DNA from: Mobula hypostoma
Taxonomy: Eukaryota
DNA: 64,000 nt
Assembly: GCF_963921235.1 (NCBI RefSeq)
Contig: NC_086097.1
Span: forward strand, 178,748,001-178,812,000
Reading direction: 5' to 3'
The notes under the pieces were generated by a model that did no database searches, was not told the origin of the DNA, and saw only the letters and a list, made by a program, of their open reading frames with translations. Of this stretch, positions 1 to 13,029 are shown one piece after another; position 1 is the stretch's first letter; each line of letters begins with the position of its first letter. Made by a program: the position numbers and the translations under genes.

Positions 1-1167
1 TGTGCGCTCGTGTCTGTCTGTGTATGAGAGTGTGTCTATGTCTATGTCTGTGTATGAGTGAGTCTGTGTCTATGTCTGCGTATGAGACTGTGCCTATGTC
101 TGTGTTTGAAAGTGAGTCTATCTGTGTCTGTGTATGAGAGAGTGCCTATGTGTCTGTGTATGAGTGTGTCTGTGTCTGTGTATGAGAGAGTGTCTATGTC
201 TGTGTATGAGGGTGTGTCTATGTCTGTGTCTGTGTATGAGAGTGAGTCTGTGTCTATGTCTGTGTATGAGAGTGTGTCTGTGTTTTTGTCTGTGTATGAG
301 AGTGTGTCTTTGTCTGTGTATGAGAATGAATCTATATATGCGTCTGTGTATGAGAGTGTGCCTGTGTTTGTGTATGAGAGTGTGTCTATGTCTGTGTCTG
401 TGTATGAGAAAATGCCAGTGTCTGTGTCTGTGTATGAGAATGAGTCTATGTCTGTGTCTGTGTGTGTGTGTCTGTGTCTGTGTGTGTGTATGAGCGTGTG
501 TGTGTGTGTATGAGCATGTGTCTGTGTCTGTGTATGAGAGTGTGCATATTATTGCTGTAGTTGTTCATGGCTGTTTATGCACATTTATCACTTTACATGT
601 GTACGGAGTAGTGTGTGTGCACATTAACATGCATGTACGCATGCACTATAGTGTGGTGTGTGTGTGTGTGTGTTCATGTGTGTCTGTGTGTGTGTAGGTG
701 TTTGTGTGTGAGAGAGAATGTATTTGTGTGTTTATGTGTGTATTTGTGTGCGTGTCTGCGTGTTTGTGCATGTGTGTTCATATGTCTGTTTGTATGTGTG
801 TATATGATAGAGTGTGTGTGTGTTCATGAGTGTTTGTGTTTGTATGTGTGTGAGTTTGTGTGTGTGTGTTCGTGTGTGTGTGTGTGTGTGTGTTCATGAG
901 TGTGTTTGTATGTGTGATAGAGTGGGTGTGTTCATGTGTGTATATGTGTGTTCACACGTGTTTTGTATATGTGTATTCATGAGTGTGTATGTGTGATAGA
1001 GTGTGTGTGTGTTTATGTGTTTATATGTGTGTGTTCACATGTGTTTGTTTTGGTGTATGTGAGTGGGTGTTTCACTGAGATCCCCACACATTCTTCTAAA
1101 TTCCATTAATCTGTTTGTATATGTGCGAGTTTGTGCGTGTGTGTCTGTTCATATGTGTGTTTGTATG

Positions 1168-1247
<80 letters not shown>

Positions 1248-1260
1248 CGCATGCGCGCGC
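1..1260. repeat. Complex TG-rich microsatellite / low-complexity tract ending in (TG)n(CG)n
   Basis: Repeated TGTGTCTG/TGTATGAGAG units, a near-pure (TG)n run at ~1150-1239, then CGCGCG. Confidence 0.95.
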
Positions 1261-2149
1261 TCCTTTATCTATTAACATCCCTTCCTGTTTCCAGTTCCTC
1301 AATGGATAGTTTGCTGACTGAAGTCAGGAAGCTTGGGTTTTTATTTGAGCGAGGAAGTCTGTTCTCCAACCCTGCGGAGATGGTGACCCACCTCTTGAAC
1401 CGACCCCAGCACATTCGCTGTCCAGCCACTACAGCGAGAGGAACCTGAAGCCCACTCAGCAATCAACAGCCTCAGCCCCACAGGCAGCTGGGGAACTCGT
1501 GCACCCTCCCCCTTCCCACCTCAGCCATGTCTGGGGAAAAGGTGTTTGATTAAAACAATCACAGGGTATTTTCAGTGGGGCGGGCAGCAGATTAGAACTG
1601 ATTGGAATTAAGACGTCAGGTGATGATCAAAGCAGGAGGCAGTGGGATTGGGTTGAAGGAAATGAATCATTTTCTTAGTAAATGAGCTATTCCCCCGGGT
1701 CCATGTGACTTTTAAAAGTAGCAAACATTTTACATGCACCTCCCAATGAAGAGGTTCTGTTAATCCGTGCTATAGACATGAGCTGTGACGGTGGCAGTGG
1801 GTTACAGTCTGAATCTCTGGCTTGGCTTCACTGGGATGGACAGTGACCAGGAGTTCCATGTTACTTATCACTAGGAAAAGGGTTTCCTTCTTTGTAGAAG
1901 CAGTGGATGTAGATAAGCAGTGTTGCTCCTCTCTCGCCGGTCGTTGGATTATATTGTATCGGATTGAGCAGGTTTACTCATGTTGGTCCTCCTCAGGGTT
2001 CCCCACTTCCATCTGGAGTCTTGAAGGATGAGCTGAGTCCCAGAAAGCAGAATGGGGCTGAGGGAATGACTGAACACAGACACAGACCCTCAACTGTTCG
2101 TATATGTTTCTACATTCACACCCCCCTCGCCTCGCCACAGATATATATA

Positions 2150-2565
2150 AGACCATAAGACATAGGAGCAGAATTAGGCCATTCAGCCTATCGAATCTGC
2201 TCCACCATTCCATCATGTCTGATCCTGGATCCCACTCAACCCCGTACACCTGCCTTCTCACCAAACCCTTTGATACCCTGACTGATCAGGAAACTACCAA
2301 CTTTCGCTTTAAATATACCCACGGTCTGTGGCAGAGCATTCCACAGATTCACTACTCTCTGGCTAAAAAAAATTCCTCCTTACCTATCTTCTAAAATGAT
2401 ACCCCTCAATGTTGAGGCTGTGCCCTCTAGTTCTGGATATCCTCACCATACGAAACATCCTCTTCACGTCCATCCTATCTGGGCCTTTCAACATTCGGAA
2501 GGTTTCCCTGAGATCCCCACACATTCTTCTAAATTCCAGTGAGTACAGGCCCAAAGCTGCCAAAC
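2150..2565 (-). mobile_element. CR1 LINE 3' fragment
   Basis: Reverse complement of the CR1 3' tail (GACCATAAGACATAGGAGCAGAATTAGGCC) and of the ORF2 C-terminus. Confidence 0.8.
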
Positions 2566-2809
2566 ACGTTGTGTTAATATGTGCTCACACAAGGTGGAGT
2601 CATGTGGTAGGACATCCTGGCAGGACAACCATCGCTTTAAACTTGCTAACCAATCATTACAACTTCAGGGTGTATGAGGAGAGTTTGAGAAGATGAGGTC
2701 AATGTCTCTGAAGGAGAGAGACACCACAGACACATCTATTTCTTGAAAATTGTTCTTTCTTCAAATAGTTGTACGAACTATGTCTGAACAATCCTGTTTC
2801 CTGATCCCA

Positions 2810-3535
2810 CTCAGAGCCACAGAGTACAGCAACATGGAAACAGGCATTTTGGCCCAACTGGGCCACACCAACAGAAGTGCACATCTAAGTAAGTCCTATT
2901 TGGCCCATATCCCTTTAAACCTTTTCTATCTATATACCTGTCCAAGTAGCTTTTTAATCTTGTTGAAGTACCTACCTTAACAACTTCTTCTGGCAGTTGA
3001 TTCCATATACCATCCATCCTCTGGATGCAAAAGTTGCTGCTCAATTTCCTATTAAATCTCTTCCCTCTCACCTCTGGTTCTCGATTCCCCAACCCTGGGG
3101 AAAAGATTGAGCATTCACCTTACCTATTCTGCTCACAATCTTATAAACCTCTAAACACCCCTATTTCTCCTACGCTTTAATGAAAAAAGACCCAACCTGC
3201 TCAAGCCACCTCCATAATTCAGTCCCTAGAGAGCCTTCTGCACTCTTTCCAACTGAAATGCATTGTTCCAATGGCAAGGTGACCAAAATGATAAGAATAT
3301 TCCAAATGCAGCTTTATCAATGTCTATCCCGACTTTTATATTCAGTGCTCTGACTGACGAAGGCCTTTTTCGCTGCCTTGTATACTTGTGACAGAACTTT
3401 CAGGGAACTATGTACTTGTACTCCAAGGTCCCTCTGTTCTACAACACTCACCAGGGCTGTGATGTTCACTGTGAAAGCCCTACCTTAATCTGACCTTCCA
3501 AAATGCAACACCTCACACTATCTGAATTGAACTTC
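2810..3535 (-). mobile_element. Degenerate CR1 LINE 3' fragment
   Basis: Minus ORF with WNQLPEEVV...LDRY, typical of the CR1 ORF2 C-terminus. Confidence 0.75.
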
Positions 3536-4724
3536 AGATTTCTCTAATTTCCTTCCTTTGGAACTCTTGATAACTGCTAATCTTTTTGATTTGTGGAAAG
3601 TAGGAAGTCAGCCATTCAGGCTCTCAAACATGCATCACCATTCAATACTATCATTTGATTGTAACCACAACTCTATATTCCTGTCTACCCCCAGCAACAT
3701 TTCACACCCTTGTGTATCAAAAAACAATCTTTATCTGCCTTAAAATAATTTACAGACTCTGCCTCCATAACCTCACAGGGAGTTCCAACGATTCACAGCC
3801 CTCTCAGAGAAAATATTCTGCCTCAGTTCTGTCTTAAATGGGCGACCCTCTTATTTTTCTGCTGGGTTTGGGTTTGAGAAAAATTTTTACCACATCATTG
3901 ATTGCCCACCCTTATTCTTTTCCTAGAATCATTTTCCTCTCATTGATTGATACAGCACAGGAACAGCCCTTCAGCCCAATTCATCCCTGCTAACCATGGT
4001 GCCCACCAAGTTAGCCACATTTATCCCTCTAAACCTTTCCTATCAGTCGTACTTACCCAAATATCTTTTGAATATCTCAACTACTTCTTTTGGCAGTTCA
4101 TCCATATTCAGGTCCTTTATAAATCGTTGACGTACATTCTGCCATTCAATAGATCATTCCATACACGGGGAAAGTAGAATGCAGAATATAATTTTACAGT
4201 TACAGAGGAAATGTGGTGCAGTAGCAGTAAAGTTCAGGGGTCACACTGAGGTACATTGGGAGATCAGGAATTAATCTTTAGTGTATGAGAGGTGTGCTCA
4301 AGAATCTGATAACAGCAGGATAGAAGCTTTCCTTGAATGCAGAAGTACATGATTTTAAGCTGATGTACCTTTTGCCAGAAGGGAGGGAGGAGAAGAGAGA
4401 ATGTCTAGGATGGGAGGGGTCCTGGATTATGTTGGCCACTATTCTGGGCACAATTCCTCATTAAGCCGCACATTTTACGGCTTTTGCACCTCCTCATCCC
4501 CCTTTTCCTATCTGTTTCCAGTTCCGCCTGCCATACACCTCTCCCCTAATGACCCCCATTATCTTCGTCCTTACCAGAGTATGCCCTTAGTTCCAGTTTA
4601 TTTCCCCCCAGCAGCCATTTCCAACCTTCAGCTTCCCCTCCCCCACCTGGCTTAACCTGCCCATGATCATTAAAAAGACCCCTCCCCTTCAGTCCACAAA
4701 TCTCCACTGGCCTATGTCAGATAC

Positions 4725-5450
4725 CCTAAGACCATAAGACATAGGAGCAGAATTAGGCCATCTGGCCCATCGAGTTAAATTCAATCACGGCTGATCCTTT
4801 TCTTTTCTCCTGTACCTCAGTTCCCGGCCTTCTCCCCGTCACCTCTGATGCCATGTCCAATCAAGAACCTATCAATCTCTGCCTTGAATACACCCAACGA
4901 CCTGGCCTCCACAGCTGCATATGGCAACAAATTCCACAAATTCACCACCCTTTGGCTAAAGAAATTTCTCTGCATCTCTGTTTTGAAAGGGCAGCCCTCT
5001 ATCCTGAGGCTGTGCCCTCTTGTCCTAGACTCTCCCACCCTGGGAAACATCCTTTGCACATATACTCTGTCTAGGCCTTTCAACTTTTGAAAGGTTTCAA
5101 TGAGATCTCCCCCACCATCCTTCTGAATTCCAGCGAGTACAGACCCAGTGCCATCAAACATCCCTCGTATGATAACCTTTTCATTCTTGGAATCATCCTT
5201 GTGAACCTCCTCTAGACCCTCTCCAATGCCAGCACATCTTTTCTAAGATGAGGGGCCCAAAACTGTTCACAATACTCAAAGGTGAGGCCTCACCAGTGCC
5301 TGATAAAGCCTCAGCATCACATCCATGTTCCTGTATTCTAGACCTCTTGACATGAACGCTAACATTGCATTTGCCTTCCCCACCACCGACTCAACCTGCA
5401 AGTTAACCTTTTAGCGTGTTTTGCACAAGGGCTCCCAAGTCCCTTTGCGT
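4725..5450 (-). mobile_element. CR1 LINE 3' fragment
   Basis: GDLIETF...SRTRGHSLRI...NFFSQRVVNLWNLLP...FKAEIDRFL plus 3' tail. Confidence 0.85.
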
Positions 5451-5869
5451 CTCAGGTTTTTACACTTTGCATCTCACGTACCTCTCCCCTCCTCTTTATA
5501 CCAGCCACGTCCCCTCCCCAATCTCAGTCTTGACATTGTTTCGACCCAAATCACTGTCAGTTCCTTCCCTCCTCCACAGATGCTACTCAAACCACTGAAC
5601 TCCTCCAGCGACACATAAAATAGTGAAAGAACTTACCAGGCCAGACAGCATCAATGGAGGGAAGTGAATAGATTTCCTGCATCTGCATCCTACCTTGTGT
5701 CTCCATGTCAAGTTCTTTACGAGCTAAGATTAGCTTCATTTGTCACCTGTACATTGAAACATGCAGGGAAGTGGTTTGTTTGCGTCACTGACCAACACAG
5801 TGCGAGGAAGTACTGGGGAGAGCTTAGTATCACCAGACTTCTGGCACCAACACAGCATGCCCACCACTC

Positions 5870-6030
5870 AGTAACTAGCCGTATGTCTTTGGAATGAGGG
5901 AGGAAACCGGACCACACGGCGGAAACCCATGTGGTCACGGAGAGAACATACAAACTCAGCAGCTGGAATCGAACCCTGACTGGTGGTTTCTGGCACTGTA
6001 AAGCGATTGTGCCAGCCACTATGCTAGCTT
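5870..6030 (-). mobile_element. tRNA-derived SINE (HE1/V-SINE-like)
   Basis: Minus strand has B box GGTTCGATTCC followed by GAGTTTGTATGTTCTCTCCGTG...GGTTTCCTCCC...TCCAAAGAC. Similar copies near 39520-39695, 44020-44130 and 48880-49000. Confidence 0.65.
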
Positions 6031-6809
6031 GCCTCCCCTACCCCTCTGAATATTGTATCTCCCATAGATCAGTGTCCTCTAGGTGTACAGAGCAAGTCAG
6101 GCAGCATCTGTGGAGAGAGAAAGCTTTCAGAACGAGTTGAACTGTTGCAAAGGGAGTTCTAGACCCAATGCCAATGAAGGAATTGCAGAATATTTCCAAG
6201 TCAAGATGATGCATGACTTTGAGGGGAGCCTACAGGTGGCGGCGTTCCTCTGTAGCTGCTGCTCTCTTCTTTCTCAGTTACAGAAGTTAACATTTAGGAC
6301 AAGTTATCACATTCTAGAAGGCTTGAAAGTTATTTGGTGTGTAGAGCATTCAAAGGGCTAAATATCTAACTCCATTAAAATAAATTGCTTCTCGTCTTTT
6401 CATATTTTTTTGACCACATTAATGGGAGGAATTTTTGCAGTGGGCATTGGGGAGGGGAGACCGCCTTTATGTATTACTGAGAATTTTCAAAATCTGCCAC
6501 CACTGAAACCATTAAAAATGATTCATTTTATGTGAATTAGGGATTTTATTTGAAGATGATAATTCCAGGGTATGAGGAAACAATTAAAACCATTAATCTT
6601 AATTAATTGAACTTCATAAAATAGATAGGGTCTTATCATAGTCTGTAGTTACACAGCAGTGATTGCCTCACCAGTTCTGTTAATCTCATTCACTGGGTGA
6701 TGTAAGTGGTGTTTCAGAACCAACAGTTAACTCTTCTATGATCACATTTCTTTCCCAGGACTGTTTAGTTTGAGTCAGGCCGTGGCTTGGAGTATCGTGT
6801 ACAGTTTTG

Positions 6810-7870
6810 GTAAATTGATTTATTATTGTCACGTGTACTGAGGTACAGTGAAAATCTTGTCTTGCAATACTATTCATCCAGGTCATTTCATTACTTGGTG
6901 TATTGAGGTAGTGTGAGGTAAAACAGAAAGCAGAATAAAGTGTTACAGTTACAGAGAAAGTGCAGTGCAGACAGACAATAAGGTGCAAAGTCATAATGAG
7001 ACAGATGATGAGGTCGTGAGTCTGTCTTTTCAGTGGGATTGAAGCTGTCCTTGTGCATGTTGCTATATGTTTTCAGGCTTTTGTATCTTCTGCCTGATGG
7101 GAGAGAGGAGTGGATGGTGTTATTGATGGCTGCTTTCCTGAAGCAGCGAGTGGTATGGAGTCTAAGGAGGGCATTACGGTTTCTTGTAGTCAGAGACAGA
7201 GCAGTTGCCATACCAAACCACGATGCATCCAGATAGGTGTAGGGATAAAAATTTGCAAAGGTCAAAGGGTTTGTTCCAAATTTCTTTAGCCTCCTGATGA
7301 AGTAGAGGCGTTCATGAGATTTCTTGGTCATAGCACCAACGTGGTTGGACCAGGCCAGAGGCCAGACTGTGTGTAATACTCACTCCTAAGAACTTGGAGC
7401 TCTCAGCCCTCTTACCTCCACACTGTTGCGACAGACAGACACTCACCACTCCCTTTCCTGAAGTCAACGACCAACTCTTGTTTCACTGACACTGAGAGAA
7501 AGATTGTTGTCAAGACCCCATCTCACTAGGCTCTCTATCTCCTTCCTGACTGTTAGAGATACGACCAGCTATAATCGTATCACCTGCAGACTTGTAGATG
7601 GAGTTCGAGCGGGCTCTAGCCATGTAGTCACGAGCATACAGGGAGCAGAGTGGGGTGCTGAGGACACAACCCTGTGGAGTACCAGTGTTTAAAATAATCA
7701 TGGAAGAGGTGTTGCTGCCTATCCGTACTGATTGCAGTCTGTTGGTCAGGAAGTTAAGGATCCAGTCATGGTGGGAGGTGTTAAAGTAGCAAGTCTAGGA
7801 GTTCGGAGGTGAGTTTGATTGGAATTGTAGTGTTAAAGGCAGAGCAAAAATCAATAAACTGTAGTCATAC
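6810..7870 (-). mobile_element. Degenerate Rex1/Babar-like LINE 3' part
   Basis: Minus peptides [23 protein letters not shown] and LPSGRRYKSL. Confidence 0.75.
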
Positions 7871-8844
7871 ATAGGGATCTTTACCAATAAGAAGAAATCT
7901 GCAGATGCTGGAAATCCAAGCAACACACGCATAATGCTGGAGGAACTCAGCAGGCCAGGCAGCATTTATGGAAAAGAGTACAGTCAACGTTTTGGGCTGA
8001 GACCCTTCAGCGACGTCCTCCAGTATCTTGTGCATGTTGCTAAGGATCTTTACTGTCCAGATGCTTCAGAGATGAATGTGAGGCCAGGGAGAAGGTGTTC
8101 ACTATAGACCTGTTTCAACAGGAGAATTGCAATAGCTTGAAATGTGCTTCCGTTGCAAGAAAGACGATATGACAGAGGTATTTAAAATCATGAGTGGCAC
8201 ACATATGATGAGGAGTCTTTTTTCAGGGTGGGGCTATCAAAACCTAGAGGAAGGTTAAAGATGAAAGGTTTAATAAGAACCTGAGGGGTATCATTTTTAC
8301 ACAGAAGATGGTAGGAACCAGAGGAGGGGTTGAGGCAGGTATATTAGATATTTTAAAGTACTATGTGGACAGGTATGTGAATGACAGTGGTTTAGAGGGA
8401 TATGGGCCAAGTGCTAGGAAAAGGAATAAGTTTGAATATACATCTTGGTCAGCATAGGCACATCGGTTGGATGGCCTTTCTCAAAGTCGTATGGCATTAT
8501 TAAATTGGAAAGATTACAGAGAAGATTTACTAGGATGCTGCTGGTCTAAGTTATAGGGAGAGATTTAGCAGGCTAGGACTTTATTCCTTGGAATATAGGA
8601 GACAGAGATTGGAATTATACTCTATAGAGCCCAAGAGAAGCTCCCTCACTAAGTGTACTGTATTCAGTCAGAGATGAGTGCGGTTTTGCATATTGAAGGA
8701 ATGAAGGGATATGGGGTGAGCACAGTAAAGTGGAGCTGAACTGGAACATTAGCGGTGATAGTACTGAGTGGTGGAGTAGTCAAGAGGGGCCAAATGGCCA
8801 ACTCCTGCTTTTGCTTCTAATATATTCTTACCTGATTATAAGGT

Positions 8845-9630
8845 TTGTGTGTGTGTGTTTATTCTATGCTTGTGTGTTTGCTTGGGTCTGTCTATACCCC
8901 CTGTGTATGTGTGTAGCAACCCAAAAAGCACCTGTCAGAACTCAGAAAGGAGACAATGTGTGTGTGTGTGTCTGTGTCTGCTTATGTGTGTGTCTGTTTG
9001 TATATGCGCACGTGTGATAATTCATGCAACATACATCAAAGTTGCTGGTGAACGCAGCAGGCCAGGCAGCATCTATAGGAAGAGGCGCAGTACTTCCTAT
9101 AGATGCTGCCTGGCCTGCTGCATTCACCAGCAACTTTGATGTATGTTGCTTGAATTTCCAGCATCTGCAGAATTCCTGTTGTTTGTGATAATTCATGCTT
9201 GTTTGTGTGTGCACACCTGTGTCTGTGCCTTGTGTTTGTGTCTGTGTATGTGTGTGTGTGTGTGTGTGTTTGTGTCTGTGTATGTGTGTGTGTGTGTGTG
9301 TGTGTTTGTTTCTGTGTGAGTGTGTGTGTGTGTGTTTGTGTGTGTTTGTGTCTGTGTATATGTGTGTGTGTGTGTGTGTTTGTGTCTCTGTGAGTGTGTG
9401 TGTGTGTTTGTGTGTGTTTGTGTCTGTGTATATATGTGTGTGTGTGTGTGTGTTTGTTTCTGTGTGTGTGTGTGTGTGTTTGTGTCTGTGTGAGTGTGTG
9501 TGTGTGTGTTTGTGTCTGTGTATATATGTGTGTGTGTGTGTGTTTGTTTCTGTGTATGTGTGTGTGTGTGTGTTTGTTTCTGTGTATGTATGTGTGTGTG
9601 TGTCTGTGTGTCTGTGTGAGTGTGTGTGTG
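8845..9630. repeat. TG-rich microsatellite tract interrupted by a fold-back insertion
   Basis: (TG)n with periodic TTTG/TCTG interruptions. Confidence 0.9.
9028..9183. mobile_element. Short fold-back (hairpin) element with 15-bp target-site duplication
   Basis: TGTGATAATTCATGC at 9013-9027 and 9184-9198. 57-bp inverted arms at 9026-9082 and 9093-9149 with 1 mismatch. Confidence 0.85.
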
Positions 9631-10959
9631 GAGTGGGGAGGTGAGTAGTGCAGGGTGTCTGTGCATCAAACTCAGAGAGCTGTGTTGATTGTGCACAGCT
9701 CCTGGCCCTCTGCTGACATGTTTGAAATGAGAAGAGGATTTGATTTGGTAAATGCTGAGAAACTATTTCCTCTGGTGGGATGTGGGCTTCATGGAGCATG
9801 GTGTTAATGTACGTGACGGACCATTCAGGAGAGACATCAAGAAACACTTATTCACACAGAGAAGTAGAAATGTAGAATTCTCTCCCCCAAAGGGCTGTGG
9901 TTGCTAGAATAATTGGAGCTTTCAAGACAGAGATCGATAAGTTTTTGTTAGGGAGGTTTATCAAGGGACAGCAGCAAAGGTGGTGAGTGGAGGAGATGGA
10001 AATCAGCCATGATTTCATTGAATCACAGAATGGGCTCAAGGGGCAGAATGGCCTTGCCCTAATCTAATATGGATAACTGATAAACCTTCAGGGGAGTAAT
10101 TAGGAGCCAAAGTTTGGTTGGTAAGAAGAGTTTTGTGGAGATTGTTTGAAACTGATAAGATAAATATTAAGAAGGATTGTGAAGAGTTAGAACAATGTCA
10201 GAAGAAATAGTTGGTTAAAATCTCAGCCCAGAGAAATTCCTGCATTTCCATAACACCAGGTCTTGTTCAGTTTGCACAGTATTATACAGGGTCTGGCTGA
10301 GGTGTGATCGGTATTGGAGGAAATGCAGGCTGTTGGTAAAGAATACACAGGAACAAGCCCTTCAACCCACGGTGTCTGTGCCAGGCACAATGCCAGTCTA
10401 AATAACCCTATCCTTCTGCACATAATCCACATCCCTCCATTCCCTGTCTGTTCGTGTGTCTGTTTAAAAACCCATACAATAGATATTTACCATATCTACT
10501 TCCACCACCATTCCACTCACTTAAAAAAATGTCCCCACACATCTCCTCTGAAATTTTCTCTCTCACCTCAAACCTGTGCCCTCTATTTGACACTTCCACC
10601 CTGAGGAAAAGACTCTGCCAGCCTACCCTATTTATGACTCACAATTTTATAAGTGCCCCTCAGCCTCCAGTGCTCCAGAGGAATCAACTCGAGTTTGTCC
10701 AACCCCTCCTTTCAGCTAATGCTCTCCAATGCAGGCAACATGCTGGTGAACGCCTTCAGTATCCTGCATTATGGCTGTGGTCTTTGCAGCACCACTCCTG
10801 CCATCCTCTGCATTTTGTTGCCCCAGTGCCTTTCAGATATGCTGAGAACTCACAACTCAGTCATAAAAGGTTTAGGAACAGCCGGAGTGGAAGTCACTTG
10901 GTGCAGTTAGACTGAATGGTACTATAACATGCATGACTGTGGTGGTATGTGAGTCTTCG

Positions 10960-12735
10960 AGTCATAGAAAACTACAGCACACAAACAGGCCCTTCAGCCC
11001 ATCCAGTCTATGCTGAACCTGCCTAGTCGCATGAACCTCCACCCGTACCATAGTCCTCCATACCCCTCCAATACATGTACCTATCCAAACTTCTCTTGGA
11101 CGTTGAAATTGAAATCACATCCACCACTTGCACTGGTGACTCGTTCCACTCTCTCACCACGCTCTGAGTAAGGATGTTTCCCTTTAATAATTTCACCTTT
11201 TACCCTTAACCCATGACCTCTAGTTGTAGTCTCACCTAGCCTCAGTGGAAAAAGCCTGCTTGCATTTATCCTGTCTGTAACCCTCATAATTTTGTATACC
11301 TCTATCTGCTCAATCTTCTATGTTGTAGGAATAAAGTTCTAACCTATTTAATCTTGCCTTATAACTCAGGTCCTCCAGTCCTGCTAACCCCCTTGTAAGT
11401 TTTCTCTGCATTCTTTCAATTTTATTTGCATCTTCCCTGTAGTTATGTGACCAAAACTGCACACGATACTCCAGATTAGGCTTCACCAACATCTTATACA
11501 ACTTCAACATAACATAAGCCCATAAGGCCAAAAGATATAGGGACAGAATTAGGCCATTTGGCCCATTGAGTCTGCTCTGCCATTTCATCATGGCTGATCC
11601 ATTTTCCCTCTCAGCCCCAGTCTCCTGCCTTCTCCCCATATCTCTTCATGCCCTGACCAATCAAGAGTCTATCAGCCGCTGCCTTAAGTATACCCAATGA
11701 CTTGGCCTCCAGAGTTGCCTGTAGCAGTGAATTCCGTAGATTCACCACTCTAGGCTAAAGAAATTCCTTCTCATATCCATTCTAAAAGGATGACCTGCTA
11801 TTGTGAGGCTGTGTCCTCTGGTTGTAGACTCTCCCACCATCAAGGCCTGCCAACATTCGATAGGTTTCAATGAGGTCACCCCTCGTTCTTCGGAATTCCA
11901 GTGAGCAGAGGCCCAGAGCCATCAAACACTCCTCGTATGACCAGCCTTTGAATCCCGGAATCATTTTCATGAACCTCTTTTGAACCCTCTCCAATGTCAG
12001 CACATCCGTTCTTAAATAAAGAGCCAAAAACTGCTCGCAATACTCCAAGTGAACCCTCACCGGGGCTTTATAAAGCCTCAACATTACATCCTCGCTTTTA
12101 TATTCTAATCCTCTTGAAATGAATGCTAACCTTGTATTTGCCTTCCTCACCACTGACTCAACCTGCAAATTAACCTTCAGGGAATCCTGCACGAGGACTC
12201 CCAAGTCCCTTTGCACCTTAGATTTTTGAATTTTCTCTCCGTTTAGAAAACAGTCAACTCTTTCATTTCTTCTACCAAAGTGCATGAAAGGGTAGACTAT
12301 TTTCTCCTGACTCATGTACTCAGTACATTGATCTATGAAGGCCAATGTGCCAAGAGATTTCTTAACAACCCAATGTGCCAGTGATGCCACTTTCACTGAG
12401 TTATGGACTTGTATTCCCAGATCCCTTTGTTCCACTGCATTCCTTAGTGTCCTACCACTGACTGTATAAGCCCTACCCCGAGTGATCCTCTCAAAGTACA
12501 ACACCTCACACTTGTCTGCATTAAATTCCATCTGCCATTTTTCAGCCCATTTTTCCATCTGGTCCAGGACCCACTACAGGCTTTGATCGTCTTCCTCGCT
12601 GTCCACTACACCCCAAATCTTGGAGTCATCCAGTTAAGTACATTACCATCCAGATTGTTCATATAGACGAAAACAACAATAGACCCAGCACCGATCCCTT
12701 CAGCACTCCACTAGTCACAGGCCTCCAGTGAGAGA
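10960..12735 (-). mobile_element. Two nested CR1 fragments (inner copy ~11515-12290)
   Basis: The chimeric minus ORF 11782-12558 repeats the QRDLG...V segment twice. A second 3' tail appears at ~11515. Confidence 0.8.
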
Positions 12736-13029
12736 GAATGAACACGTGTATTTCTCGAAATTTCCAGCATCTCTTACTTCTCTGTGTGAACGTGTGTTTG
12801 ATCTTGTGTGTTAGGTAATGAGTTAGTGGGTAAATGTGCAGGAGTATGTCATTGGTAACTGGACTATTGCTGCCGGTAGAGTGAAAAACTTCGTTCTGTG
12901 TGCCAAACAGATCATACCATTACTTCAGTGCAGGTGGACAATAAAGCACAAAGTCGTAGAGAGGTAGATTGTGAGGTCAAGAGTCAACCTTAATGCACGA
13001 AGGGAATATCCAATAGTCAATAGCAGTAG

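Noticed and set aside
58..1448. Cys/Val- or His/Thr-rich ORFs (also 8942-9847 and 13716-14640)
   Set aside because: They are translations of TG/CA microsatellites, not genes.
11782..12558. 258-aa RT-like ORF as a distinct gene
   Set aside because: Chance in-frame fusion of two nested CR1 fragments.
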